Positions 28,241 to 37,656 of a stretch of 64,000 bases of DNA are shown here, one piece after another; position 1 is the first letter of the stretch; each line of letters begins with the position of its first letter. Origin of the DNA: Escherichia phage D6; the sequence record NC_050154.1, one strand, 5' to 3'. Under the pieces are notes generated by a model. The model worked only from the letters and a program-made list of their open reading frames with translations. It was not told where the DNA came from and searched no databases. The position numbers were made by a program, and so were the translations under genes.

Positions 28241-28568
28241 TTTCAAGGCGAGTGATTTCATTCTGGCTTTCCTCTCGTTGTTTGATTAGGTTGGCATTCA
28301 GTTCTGCTGTTTTGCGCTGGTACTCCTTTTCCAGTGCTTTAATTCTTTCGTTTTCGGTCAGCATGGCTGAGCGAGCGTTCTCACTTAACTGTAATGCGGT
28401 AGAAAGCGTGTTGTTCGTGCTTTCCAGTTGTGATTTTGAGTCTTCAAGCGATCGGACATACCTGATGTGTTCGATAACTGCCGTCGTTGTTCGGTAAATT
28501 CCAGAAATGGCTAAAAGCGCAATTACAATCAAAATTATCTTTTTCAAAACCATCCTCTTCAGGTTCAT
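28095..28568 (-). CDS. i-spanin (inner-membrane, Rz-like)
   Basis: 157 aa, N-terminal TM anchor then long coiled coil; overlaps the o-spanin gene. Confidence 0.7.
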   Translation of the reverse strand: MNLKRMVLKKIILIVIALLAISGIYRTTTAVIEHIRYVRSLEDSKSQLESTNNTLSTALQLSENARSAMLTENERIKALEKEYQRKTAELNANLIKQREESQNEITRLENALRRAGINDVRVPDDVIRMQRERAKAINQRASENYRRSHQQAAGKSD

Positions 28569-28623
28569 TTTCGGTGTTAAACATGTACCAAATTACATCC
28601 TTTTGTGTGCCTAAGTGGTGTTG

Positions 28624-29430
28624 CTATGGTTCCTTTTTGGTGTTCTTTTGGAGCGCATCGATAACGCCTTGTGGCATGATTAAACTGATTGCCGGACTCA
28701 TTACTGCATCATCCAGTAGAGAACCAGTTAACGTGATGGCGACAGCGTTCTCTAAACCTTTGGTTGCCTGAGTGGTTGACGTTTTAATGCGACCTGTAAG
28801 GGCTACGACACTCTCACTTGCTGAGTTAATTTCGGAGAGTAAAGCTTCGGCGGCTGTCACTGCTTCCCGTAAAGCATCAATTTCATCCTGAGTAATGACT
28901 GGAGCCTGAGCGCCCCCAGCACCACCCTGTCCACCATTGCTATCACCACCACCAGCACTTCCGGCAGCTTCAATTTTTGCGTTAATGGCGTTCATGGCGG
29001 TTTTCAGAGCATCAAGTTTTAGCGCCGTCAATGCGTCCGTTAGAGATTGCGGAATGGAAACATTCCCCATTCCCTCAACAAGGGCGAAAGCAGGTATGGG
29101 GGTCAGCTCGTTACCTTTTGCGTAGCATTCCCAGCCAATCTTCATCTGTAACAGCTCTGATGGCTTGGTGTATGGGGAAAGAGAATCAGCCAGTAATGAA
29201 GACGCTTTGCTGGCCTCATTGAGCTGTTCAGAAAAGCCAAGCAATTGAGTAGTCCAGGCCGAAACAGAATCAGGATAGGTTTTATCGGCGTGAACTATTC
29301 CCTGTATGGCGCTGGCGAGCGATGAGGCTTTTACAGAAGCTGCTCGGCTTATGGTTATAGATTCTGGTGTAGAGATACCGGCATCTGACAGAATTTTGAA
29401 GGCTTTAACTTCACCTATTGAATCAAGCAT
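28624..29430 (-). CDS. hypothetical structural protein
   Basis: Start moved to MLDSIG; its ATG overlaps the TAA of the upstream gene. Confidence 0.5.
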   Translation of the reverse strand: MLDSIGEVKAFKILSDAGISTPESITISRAASVKASSLASAIQGIVHADKTYPDSVSAWTTQLLGFSEQLNEASKASSLLADSLSPYTKPSELLQMKIGWECYAKGNELTPIPAFALVEGMGNVSIPQSLTDALTALKLDALKTAMNAINAKIEAAGSAGGGDSNGGQGGAGGAQAPVITQDEIDALREAVTAAEALLSEINSASESVVALTGRIKTSTTQATKGLENAVAITLTGSLLDDAVMSPAISLIMPQGVIDALQKNTKKEP

Positions 29431-29714
29431 TATGCAACCTGAAAAATATCCTCGCCGTTGGCGATAACAGAACCACAAGAAAGCAGATCGCCTACACAGA
29501 CAACTCCCTTTCCACCTATCGAAAACCATGCTCGCGTCGATACAGCTGCCCCTGGATGTGCACTGTTACCGTCAGTGTGACTGGGAAACATGGCACCATC
29601 TACAACAACTGGCTTACCGTTAACGGTGAACCAGGGAACGGTTTCAGCTACCAGTCGCGGCGGAAATCCTCCGTGACCAGAACAAAGGGTGTCGCTGGTG
29701 GCTATTGCGCTCAT
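29430..29714 (-). CDS. PAAR-like spike-tip protein
   Basis: 94 aa with Gly/Cys pattern (CSGHGG, VNGKPVVVDGA, VCVGDLLSCGSVI). Confidence 0.55.
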   Translation of the reverse strand: MSAIATSDTLCSGHGGFPPRLVAETVPWFTVNGKPVVVDGAMFPSHTDGNSAHPGAAVSTRAWFSIGGKGVVCVGDLLSCGSVIANGEDIFQVA

Positions 29715-29789
29715 TCTTCACCTCCTGGTTATCCTTCTATTGTCATCACTTTGTTATTTCGTCATTCAAACGGAGAGTTAAATTTCGGA

Positions 29790-29965
29790 ATATTTTTGTA
29801 TTCTCAATTCGCTCTCAAATTTATCTCACTATCAGACCATCATTCGGTGGGTGATTAAGATATTCTCAAAATAAACTCAACAAGCGCCCTTTTTTATCTC
29901 GTTTGGTGTGGATTTTTGGGGGCTTCTCTTTTAAAATTACATTTTGATTCTCAAATGTGTCTCAG
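29790..29965 (+). repeat. parC-like centromere candidate, 5-7 copies of (A/T)TTCTCAAA
   Basis: GTATTCTCAATT, GCTCTCAAATTT, ATATTCTCAAAAT, GATTCTCAAATG, GTCTCAGAAG in the 190 bp before parM. Confidence 0.4.
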
Positions 29966-29980
29966 AAGTGGAGCAAGAAG

Positions 29981-30937
29981 ATGCGCATTTTTATCGATGA
30001 TGGTTCAACCAATATCAAAATGCTGTGGGAGCACGACGGGGAAACTCGCACTCACATCAGCCCTAACAGCTTTAAGCGCGGATGGTCAGCAACATTTGGT
30101 GCGGGCAAGCCGTTTAACTATGTCATTGACGACGAAAAGTATTCATACGACTTGATATCGCCAGATGTTCTGCCGACGAATAATGTGGAATGGCAATACA
30201 GCCCGCTTAACGTCCTGGCTGTTCACCATGCCCTGCTGACAAGCGGTATTGAGCCGCAGGAAGTAGAAATTGTGGTCACGCTGCCTCTGGCAGAGTTTTA
30301 CGACGACGACGCGCAATACAATCTCGATAACATCGAGCGCAAGAAAGCCAGTCTTATGCGCCCCGTCACGCTGAATAAAGGCAATGTATTCACTATTAAG
30401 AAAGTTACGGTACGCCCGGAGTCTATCCCGGCGGGAATTAGCCTGTGCGACAATCTGAACCCTGCCCACTCTGTTCTTATCGTCGATTTGGGTGGAACTA
30501 CCCTTGATGTTTCAATGGTCGCTGGACAAATGACGGCAGTTTCCCGTGTTTTTGGCGATTCGAATCTTGGTGTATCACTGGTCACCAGGGAAGTAAGGCA
30601 AGCACTTGCAAGGGCCAATACCGAAACGTCAAATTACAATGTTGATCAGCTCATTATTAACCGCCACGATGAAGATTATCTGAACGACAATATCAATGAC
30701 CCATCAGCGATTGGTGATGTGAAAAAGGCCATTGCCGCAAGCATTGACCGTCTGCGTACCCGCGTTCTTGATGTGATTGGCGACTTTAAAGGATATACGC
30801 ATGTCATGGTGATCGGTGGTGGCGCACCGCTGGTGGCAGATGCAATTCGCGAGCAAGTTAATATTCGTGATGACCGTTTCTTCGTGGCGGATGACCCGCA
30901 ACTTGCTCTTGTTCATGGCCTGAAAGCAATCGGTTAA
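29981..30937 (+). CDS. parM: actin-like partition ATPase ParM/StbA
   Basis: MRIFIDDGSTNIK...ISPNSFK...AVHHALLTSG...LIVDLGGTTLDVS; start moved to the RBS-supported ATG. Confidence 0.9.
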   Translation: MRIFIDDGSTNIKMLWEHDGETRTHISPNSFKRGWSATFGAGKPFNYVIDDEKYSYDLISPDVLPTNNVEWQYSPLNVLAVHHALLTSGIEPQEVEIVVTLPLAEFYDDDAQYNLDNIERKKASLMRPVTLNKGNVFTIKKVTVRPESIPAGISLCDNLNPAHSVLIVDLGGTTLDVSMVAGQMTAVSRVFGDSNLGVSLVTREVRQALARANTETSNYNVDQLIINRHDEDYLNDNINDPSAIGDVKKAIAASIDRLRTRVLDVIGDFKGYTHVMVIGGGAPLVADAIREQVNIRDDRFFVADDPQLALVHGLKAIG

Positions 30938-30943
30938 CGAGGT

Positions 30944-31288
30944 ATGTCCATGTCTCAGGAACGTAAGAAAGTGATGATTTATCTTCGCCCAGAGGCTTAT
31001 GCCAATGAAAAGGCGGCGAGCGAGAAGATAAAAAAACATAGCGATATGGCAAGAACTGCATTGTTGGCAGGGCTTGCGCTGGGAGAAGTCGATAGCAGGC
31101 TTCCAGGATTACTGGCTTCCCTGCTGACCGAAGACAATAACCCGGAGCTGATCCGAAAAATGCTGGCATCCTTCTTGGAACTACCAGCTGCGGTTGAGGA
31201 GCGCCCTGCCTCCATTGAGCCAGTGAAGGAGCAATTTGTTGCCAAAAGCGCGTCGGCGCGCAATCTGGCTGACTCTCTACCTGATTGA
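30944..31288 (+). CDS. parR: ParR/StbB-like centromere-binding protein
   Basis: 114 aa immediately after parM; N-terminal RHH-like region, acidic C-terminus. Confidence 0.6.
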   Translation: MSMSQERKKVMIYLRPEAYANEKAASEKIKKHSDMARTALLAGLALGEVDSRLPGLLASLLTEDNNPELIRKMLASFLELPAAVEERPASIEPVKEQFVAKSASARNLADSLPD

Positions 31289-31307
31289 CAGAAGATGTGC
31301 TGGTTTA

Positions 31308-31333
31308 AGGCTGCAAATTGCAGCCTTTTTTAT
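31308..31333 (+). terminator. intrinsic terminator after parR
   Basis: AAGGCTGCAAATTGCAGCCTT followed by TTTTT. Confidence 0.7.
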
Positions 31334-31344
31334 GCCTTAATGGT

Positions 31345-31420
31345 GTCTAATTAGTGTTAATCTGGCACCAGTTAGGTGCTGTTATGGTGCAATTTTGTAT
31401 CTGGTTCCAATTTGGGGCTG
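31345..31420. repeat. GGTGC(A/T) and GGTTCCAATT boxes upstream of the parA-like gene
   Basis: CTGGCACCAGTTAGGTGCTGTTATGGTGCAATT...CTGGTTCCAATTTGG; same motifs recur after the RHH gene. Confidence 0.45.
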
Positions 31421-31575
31421 CTTTCGTGTTAAATAGGATGCAATATAAGGTGTATTTGGTCTGATTGATGTTATACTTTGCCAAACATTCATGACTCCAT
31501 TATAGAGCCTGTCCCGCATCAAAAAGGCTCTTATCTGGAACCGTTTTGATACCAAAATCACACCGAGGAACGGAT

Positions 31576-32217
31576 ATGATTATATTGGTAGTCAGCCAAA
31601 AAGGTGGCTGTGGAAAATCAACCACAAGCGTAAACATCTGTGCGGAGCTTGCCCGCGAAAATAAGGATGTAGTGTTACTAGATGCAGACAAGCAAGGAAC
31701 AGCTGCCCGCTGGGCAGCTGACCGTAACACGGCAGAGGTTTCTCCTGTAATTCATTGTGTCCAGAAGTTTGGTAATATTCGAGAAACACTTCTCGATCTG
31801 GATAAGCGTTATGAATTTGTAGTTGTTGATACAGCCGGGCGCGATAGCAAAGAGATGCGTACAGGCATAACCGCTGCAGATATTGTGTTGGTCCCATTCA
31901 GACCATCTCAACCAGATTTAGACACGCTGGCACACTTTGTTGAAGTGTTTGAAGAGGCTTTGGACCTGATGCCTAATCCTAGCATCAAGGCGTTCGCAGT
32001 CTTAACAATGGCCCCATCCAATCCGGTTGTGAATGAAACCAATGAGGCCAAAGAGTACCTGGCTGAATATCCGCAACTGAAGTTGCTGAAAACCATCATT
32101 CGTGATCGTAAGGTTTACCGCGATTGCATGGCTGAAGGGAAGGGCGTTGTTGAGATGGACAACGGGAAAGCTAAAGGTGAAATCCAGATGTTGGTTAAGG
32201 AGTTATTAAGTGATTAA
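31576..32217 (+). CDS. small Walker-type partition ATPase (ParA/ParF-like, type Ib)
   Basis: deviant Walker A VVSQKGGCGKST; about 213 aa; GAGGAA RBS. Confidence 0.85.
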   Translation: MIILVVSQKGGCGKSTTSVNICAELARENKDVVLLDADKQGTAARWAADRNTAEVSPVIHCVQKFGNIRETLLDLDKRYEFVVVDTAGRDSKEMRTGITAADIVLVPFRPSQPDLDTLAHFVEVFEEALDLMPNPSIKAFAVLTMAPSNPVVNETNEAKEYLAEYPQLKLLKTIIRDRKVYRDCMAEGKGVVEMDNGKAKGEIQMLVKELLSD

Positions 32218-32497
32218 GCCTCGTAAATCGGTAAAAGCCCCCGAAGTAAAAGACCCTGATCTTGAACGCCGAATTGAGGATTTTGCCAGTAAGGCTGATT
32301 TGGTGCCGGGTGAGCAACCAGAAGACAACAAAGTGCTCGATAAGGACGCTCCACGTGATTTTAAATCTATTCGTGTTGGTTTCAATGAATACGAGTACCA
32401 AGTACTTGATGCGTTAAGTAAAAAGCATAATCGCAGCAAATTGAATATGATCCGCCATGCTATCCTCATGTTAGCGGAGTCTGAGGAAGCAAAATAA
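32210..32497 (+). CDS. ParG-like RHH centromere-binding protein
   Basis: 95 aa overlapping the ParA stop; C-terminal RHH-like FKSIRVGFNEYEYQVLDALSKKHNRSKLNMIRHAILMLAE. Confidence 0.55.
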   Translation: MIKPRKSVKAPEVKDPDLERRIEDFASKADLVPGEQPEDNKVLDKDAPRDFKSIRVGFNEYEYQVLDALSKKHNRSKLNMIRHAILMLAESEEAK

Positions 32498-32539
32498 AGT
32501 CTTTCAGGTTGGTTTTAGAACTTAAAAAGTCTTGAACCA

Positions 32540-32620
32540 AAGGTGCACCAATACACCACTAATTTGGTGCACCTTTACATCCTTTTTGGTTCCAATTGTG
32601 TACCATTTGTCATTAATTTA
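32540..32620. repeat. 13-bp perfect inverted repeat AAAGGTGCACCAA plus a GGTTCCAATT box
   Basis: Palindrome with 13-bp spacer; matches the boxes upstream of the parA-like gene. Confidence 0.5.
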
Positions 32621-32765
32621 CTTATGCGCAAAAGTGGGCTTCATGAAAAAGCTCATTATTGAAATAACGATAGAAAGCAATTTCTAATCAACTAGTGGTT
32701 GTCAGCCTATTCGGCTTATAAGATCATACGCTGTTATACGTTGTTTACGCTTTGAGGAATCCACA

Positions 32766-34427
32766 ATGAGTGAGGCAGAAGCCCGCCCGACTAACTTTAT
32801 TCGTCAGATCATCGATGAAGATCTGGCCAGTGGTAAGCACACCACAGTACATACCCGTTTCCCGCCGGAACCGAATGGCTATCTGCATATTGGTCATGCG
32901 AAATCTATCTGCCTGAACTTCGGGATCGCCCAGGACTATAAAGGCCAGTGCAACCTGCGTTTCGACGACACTAACCCGGTAAAAGAAGATATCGAGTACG
33001 TCGAGTCGATTAAAAACGACGTTGAATGGTTAGGTTTTCACTGGTCTGGCAACATCCGTTACTCCTCCGATTATTTTGACAAACTCCATGCCTATGCTGT
33101 TGAACTGATCAACAAAGGCCTGGCGTATGTTGACGAACTGACGCCGGAACAGATCCGCGAATACCGCGGCACCCTGACGCAGCCGGGTAAAAATAGCCCG
33201 TACCGCGATCGCAGCGTTGAAGAGAACCTGGCGCTGTTCGAAAAAATGCGTGCCGGTGGTTTTGAAGAAGGTAAAGCCTGCCTGCGTGCGAAAATCGATA
33301 TGGCTTCGCCGTTTATCGTGATGCGCGACCCGGTGCTGTACCGCATTAAGTTTGCTGAACACCACCAGACTGGCAACAAGTGGTGCATCTACCCGATGTA
33401 CGACTTCACCCACTGCATCAGCGATGCGCTGGAAGGTATTACGCACTCTCTGTGTACGCTTGAGTTCCAGGACAACCGTCGTCTGTATGACTGGGTACTG
33501 GACAACATCACCATTCCTGTTCACCCGCGCCAGTACGAATTCTCGCGCCTGAATCTGGAATACACTGTGATGTCCAAGCGTAAGCTGAACCTGCTGGTGA
33601 CCGACAAGCACGTTGAAGGCTGGGATGACCCGCGTATGCCGACCATTTCCGGTCTGCGTCGTCGTGGTTACACTGCTGCTTCTATTCGTGAGTTCTGCAA
33701 ACGCATCGGCGTGACCAAGCAGGACAACACCATTGAGATGGCGTCGTTGGAATCCTGCATCCGTGAAGATCTCAACGAAAATGCGCCGCGCGCAATGGCG
33801 GTTATCGATCCGGTGAAACTGGTTATCGAAAACTATCAGGGCGAAGGCGAAATGGTCACCATGCCGAACCATCCGAACAAACCGGAAATGGGGAGCCGTC
33901 AGGTGCCGTTTAGCGGTGAGATTTGGATTGATCGCGCCGATTTCCGCGAAGAAGCTAACAAGCAGTACAAACGTCTGGTGCTGGGTAAAGAAGTGCGTCT
34001 GCGTAATGCTTATGTGATTAAGGCAGAACGCGTCGAGAAAGATGCCGAAGGTAATATCACCACCATCTTCTGTACTTATGACGCCGATACCTTAAGCAAA
34101 GATCCGGCAGATGGTCGTAAAGTCAAAGGTGTTATTCACTGGGTGAGCGCGGCACATGCGCAGCCGGTTGAAATCCGTTTGTATGACCGTCTGTTCAGCG
34201 TGCCGAACCCAGGTGCTGCGGATGATTTCCTGTCGGTGATTAACCCGGAATCGCTGGTGATCAAACAGGGCTTTGCTGAACCGTCGCTGAAAGATGCGGT
34301 TGCGGGTAAAGCATTCCAGTTTGAGCGTGAAGGTTACTTCTGCCTCGACAGCCGCCATTCTACGGCGGAAAAACCGGTATTTAACCGCACCGTTGGGCTG
34401 CGTGATACCTGGGCGAAGTTAGGTTAA
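32766..34427 (+). CDS. glnS: glutaminyl-tRNA synthetase, host-like
   Basis: 553 aa with class I HIGH motif and VMSKR (KMSKS) motif; full-length match to E. coli GlnRS as I recall it; the upstream leader ends in TTTACGCTTTGAGGAATCCACA as in the E. coli glnS leader. Confidence 0.97.
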   Translation: MSEAEARPTNFIRQIIDEDLASGKHTTVHTRFPPEPNGYLHIGHAKSICLNFGIAQDYKGQCNLRFDDTNPVKEDIEYVESIKNDVEWLGFHWSGNIRYSSDYFDKLHAYAVELINKGLAYVDELTPEQIREYRGTLTQPGKNSPYRDRSVEENLALFEKMRAGGFEEGKACLRAKIDMASPFIVMRDPVLYRIKFAEHHQTGNKWCIYPMYDFTHCISDALEGITHSLCTLEFQDNRRLYDWVLDNITIPVHPRQYEFSRLNLEYTVMSKRKLNLLVTDKHVEGWDDPRMPTISGLRRRGYTAASIREFCKRIGVTKQDNTIEMASLESCIREDLNENAPRAMAVIDPVKLVIENYQGEGEMVTMPNHPNKPEMGSRQVPFSGEIWIDRADFREEANKQYKRLVLGKEVRLRNAYVIKAERVEKDAEGNITTIFCTYDADTLSKDPADGRKVKGVIHWVSAAHAQPVEIRLYDRLFSVPNPGAADDFLSVINPESLVIKQGFAEPSLKDAVAGKAFQFEREGYFCLDSRHSTAEKPVFNRTVGLRDTWAKLG

Positions 34428-34451
34428 TAGGTATTTCGCCACATAAAAAAG

Positions 34452-34477
34452 TAAACGCCGCTACTGCGGCGTTTTTT
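34452..34477 (+). terminator. glnS intrinsic terminator, overlapping the last codons of the convergent methyltransferase gene
   Basis: AACGCCGCTACTGCGGCGTT followed by TTTTTAC. Confidence 0.8.
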
Positions 34478-35477
34478 ACTTCATTATTGCAATTATATCG
34501 TTAGCAACTACACGTGTTGACGCCTTGCAGGACACCGACCGTCTGGCTGCCATATGATGTACTTTAAACCCGTTTCCTTCATATAGTTCACGGATGTTTG
34601 GCGCACCACTATTTGTTATCACTACCTTAGCGCCGCGCTGGTGGGCTTCCACCAATAGAGATACCAGCCGTTTCTGTTCGTCGAAACGGAAGCTATTTCC
34701 TGAATAACTGGTAAACCCTTCTGTATCCGGCAGCGGTTCATACGGCGGATCGCAAAAAATCACATCGCCTTCACCAGCCGCCTCGATGACGCCAGCAAAG
34801 TCACCTGATACAAAGGACGTGTTTTTGAGTACGTCATCAGCCAAAAATGCCTCCATCTCTGCATGTGGGAAGTAGGGCGCTTTGTATTTGCCATACCCCA
34901 CGTTGAACTCGCCATTTTGGTTGTACCGCGTTACGCCATTAAAACAGTGCCGATTAAGGTACAAAAAGGCGGCAGCATGATGTAGCTGGTCATACTTTCC
35001 TCTGTTAAATGCCTCACGCACTTCGAGGTAAGCGTCAGCGTTGTTGTAATTTTGGAAAAAACTATATGACAGCGTGACGAGCGAATGTCCTTCTCGCTGC
35101 AATGTCTGATAGAAGTTAATCAGGTCACCGTTAATATCATTAAGCAGGTTGTGGCGAAATCCTGCATTCGTAAATACGGAACCGCCACCAACGAATGGTT
35201 CTATTAACCGCTTACCGTGTGGTAGATGCTCAAGCACTGTAGGCAATTCTGAGAATTTACCACCTACCCATTTGAATATCGGACGCTCATATTCATCCGG
35301 AGTCCGAATGGTGCGCATATAGCTAATTTCAGCCATCGTATCCTGTTTTTCTATGGCTATGCTTGCTATAGATTTACTCATAGAGCACCCCCTTATTCGC
35401 TTCGAAAACTGCCTTTGCGAATCCATGTGGAGTAGCACTTCGAAAATTAGCCCTGTCAGGCCCTGGTGGCGCGGCAT
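34476..35477 (-). CDS. Dam-family N6-adenine DNA methyltransferase domain protein (C-terminal half of a dmt-like locus)
   Basis: FKWVGGK AdoMet motif and DPPY catalytic motif. Confidence 0.85.
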   Translation of the reverse strand: MPRHQGLTGLIFEVLLHMDSQRQFSKRIRGCSMSKSIASIAIEKQDTMAEISYMRTIRTPDEYERPIFKWVGGKFSELPTVLEHLPHGKRLIEPFVGGGSVFTNAGFRHNLLNDINGDLINFYQTLQREGHSLVTLSYSFFQNYNNADAYLEVREAFNRGKYDQLHHAAAFLYLNRHCFNGVTRYNQNGEFNVGYGKYKAPYFPHAEMEAFLADDVLKNTSFVSGDFAGVIEAAGEGDVIFCDPPYEPLPDTEGFTSYSGNSFRFDEQKRLVSLLVEAHQRGAKVVITNSGAPNIRELYEGNGFKVHHMAARRSVSCKASTRVVANDIIAIMK

Positions 35478-36054
35478 GGATTCTGTTATCTGGCTTGCCT
35501 AATGATTCGTCCATTAGGGCATCAGGCATGACAAAGCCCTGGCCGCTCCAGAGGCATGTTTTTTTGGTGTAGTTATCTTCCTGACAATATGCAGTGAAGA
35601 AGTAAGGGTGAAAGATGTGATCTGGCTTACGCCAGAATGTCGATATTTTGCTGACCGGATTTTCAATCATGTACGGACAACCGATCATCTTTGCAATGTC
35701 ATAACACTGCCAGACAACCTGCATTGCTTTGAACTGGAAAACCGGATCTTTATTAGCCTTGTCCGAAAACCAGCGCGCGCCGGAAACAGCCAGGTCAGTA
35801 CACGGTGGGAACCCGGCCAGAAACACGATGCGCTGCAAATTCTTACGGAGAAAAGCGTATACTTCATCGCTATCGATGATCGCACTAATACGCGTCAGAA
35901 CGGCACCTGATTGCATCCGCTCGTCACTGGTCGATAAGTGCTGTGGATCGACGATAGCGGCATCGACACCGTATTCCAGCCAGGGGGCAACCATTGCCCC
36001 CGTAAAATCACAAAGACTCACAACAAGCGGTCGGTTATTATCGTTCTGCTTCAC
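35374..36054 (-). CDS. C5-cytosine methyltransferase-like domain ORF (N-terminal half of the dmt-like locus); overlaps the Dam ORF in another frame
   Basis: GFPPC (PC motif) and IENP (ENV-like) motifs; start moved to a GTG with GGAGG RBS because the track start would overlap hrdC by ~90 nt. Confidence 0.5.
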   Translation of the reverse strand: MKQNDNNRPLVVSLCDFTGAMVAPWLEYGVDAAIVDPQHLSTSDERMQSGAVLTRISAIIDSDEVYAFLRKNLQRIVFLAGFPPCTDLAVSGARWFSDKANKDPVFQFKAMQVVWQCYDIAKMIGCPYMIENPVSKISTFWRKPDHIFHPYFFTAYCQEDNYTKKTCLWSGQGFVMPDALMDESLGKPDNRIHAAPPGPDRANFRSATPHGFAKAVFEANKGVLYE

Positions 36055-36943
36055 CGCCAATGGCCTCCACCAGCGCGTTAAACAGTGCAGATAATTCGCC
36101 CGTAAAGAGCACGAAATCAGCATCAAATCGTTGTGCTACATCCTCCCGGTCGATATCGTCGTTCTGGTCATAGAGATCATCACAGAATGTCAGGGCTTTG
36201 ATACTCATATCATCGTTGACTCTGAACGACGCGCGGTCCATCCAGTTAATTGCAACGGTCGTAGCTACTTTCCCCGCCTCAATGTGAGACATAATCTCGT
36301 CGGACTGTAGATCAACTTTGTTGCAGCGAACGGCACCACCATTATCGAGCAGACCCTTTAATGTGGCGTCTTCACCTGCTGTAAATCCGGCAGGGAAGCC
36401 GTTTTTAAACCACTCGGTCATTGTAATTTCCAGCGGTTCGCGTGGTGTGAATGGAATGACAGGCAGGCTGCCGAGCGATTTTCGCAATAAAGCCAGCTGG
36501 TCCTCTGCCTTTTTGGCGCTGCTTGCCTCAACGAATACCAGATGGTTTCTGCGGTCGATCAGGATTTTGGCGAGTGATTTTCTCGTGAAAGCACGAGGAA
36601 GAAGAGAGTGAAGCACTTCATCCTTCAGCGAATCTTTTTCGGTCTTCTTCAGCTTTCTGTCTTGCTCTTCTTCAAGTGTCAGGATTTTTTTCTGTAACTC
36701 TTCTTTGAGCACTTGAGAAGGTAGGATTTTTTCCTCTCGTTTATGCTGTATCAGAAGAAAACCCTGGTATTCATGGGTGAGGTTGTCACCAAGAACGGAG
36801 GTCCAACCAGCTTTAGCCATATCCTGAGAACCGCATGGGGTAAACACAAACTTGCTAAGGGCTGCATTTACTTCTGCAGTATCCCAGCTAACTTCGCGTG
36901 AAAGACGATAGATGAAGATATTTTTGAAAGCGACTGATCTCAT
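36038..36943 (-). CDS. hrdC: RdgC-family recombination-associated protein (P1 hrdC-like)
   Basis: Near-colinear with E. coli RdgC: [91 protein letters not shown]. Confidence 0.9.
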   Translation of the reverse strand: MRSVAFKNIFIYRLSREVSWDTAEVNAALSKFVFTPCGSQDMAKAGWTSVLGDNLTHEYQGFLLIQHKREEKILPSQVLKEELQKKILTLEEEQDRKLKKTEKDSLKDEVLHSLLPRAFTRKSLAKILIDRRNHLVFVEASSAKKAEDQLALLRKSLGSLPVIPFTPREPLEITMTEWFKNGFPAGFTAGEDATLKGLLDNGGAVRCNKVDLQSDEIMSHIEAGKVATTVAINWMDRASFRVNDDMSIKALTFCDDLYDQNDDIDREDVAQRFDADFVLFTGELSALFNALVEAIGGEAER

Positions 36944-36950
36944 GTCTCAC

Positions 36951-36992
36951 CATTTGTGTTAGAAAATACATATTAATTATCTAACACAAATG
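36951..36992. promoter_or_regulatory. palindromic pair of candidate C1-type operators just upstream of hrdC
   Basis: CATTTGTGTTAGAAAATACATATTAATTATCTAACACAAATG. Confidence 0.55.
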
Positions 36993-37002
36993 GGTGCATT
37001 TT

Positions 37003-37656
37003 CTATCCTTTCTTGAAATCGAAGTTGCCAGCAGTGGCCTGAAAGGTTCCTCCTGCCTTGAAAGCTATGTCTCCGTTAGCGGTGACAGCTATATTTTCCC
37101 CATTAACATTGATGTTGTTGGCTGATTTGACGTTAACACTCCCTCCTGCATTCACGATTACATCAGCCGGACCAATGATATATATCTGCCCGGACTCATT
37201 CATGCCAATCCTTGCGCCTGCTGCCGTATTGGCAATTTCATAGCCGCCACCAGCAGTTCGTACTTCAAGAATATTGTTGCGGTGAATAACGAAGTCTTTC
37301 GTTGCTGAGATTTGGGGGCGGGGAGGTGCTCCATCTACTTCCGGCGGCGTCCAGCCGTTGCCTTTGCCAGATGCTTCTGGTGCAACGTTTGGAATTCCTC
37401 CCGGTGCATCCTGAGCGGCACCAACTATCATTGGGCGTCTGGTGTCTATTCGACCGTTAACATCTAAATAAGGAAACTCTACCCAGACCAGGTCACCTTT
37501 GACTGTGGGTACAAAAGCGTTTCCGATGGGTAACAGGTATTCCGCCCAGGGTAGATCGTCATCAGGAACGCCATTCCAGTCAGGTAAAACACGGACTTGA
37601 GCACGCATAAGCCCTGCCGGGTGCACAGTTCCAACAATTTGCGCTCTACGCTTCAT
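37003..37656 (-). CDS. hypothetical protein with beta-helix-like repeats
   Basis: 217 aa; C-terminal VNAGGSVNVKSANNINVNGENIAVTANGDIAFKAGG repeats. Confidence 0.5.
   Translation of the reverse strand: MKRRAQIVGTVHPAGLMRAQVRVLPDWNGVPDDDLPWAEYLLPIGNAFVPTVKGDLVWVEFPYLDVNGRIDTRRPMIVGAAQDAPGGIPNVAPEASGKGNGWTPPEVDGAPPRPQISATKDFVIHRNNILEVRTAGGGYEIANTAAGARIGMNESGQIYIIGPADVIVNAGGSVNVKSANNINVNGENIAVTANGDIAFKAGGTFQATAGNFDFKKG

Noticed and set aside
32498-34480. glnS region as a chromosome junction or prophage integration site
   Set aside because: Phage-plasmid genes (ParA/RHH on one side, the methyltransferase and hrdC on the other) lie within a few hundred bp on both sides, and no integrase or att-like duplication is visible; it is treated as cargo inside the element.
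34476-36054. Restriction-modification system
   Set aside because: Only methyltransferase domains are present; no endonuclease or specificity gene is adjacent, so this is an orphan antirestriction-type methyltransferase.
36951-36992. The 42-bp palindrome as a lox/rox-type recombination site
   Set aside because: Its half-site recurs singly at several promoters and it lies far from the recombinase gene; an operator role explains the distribution better.
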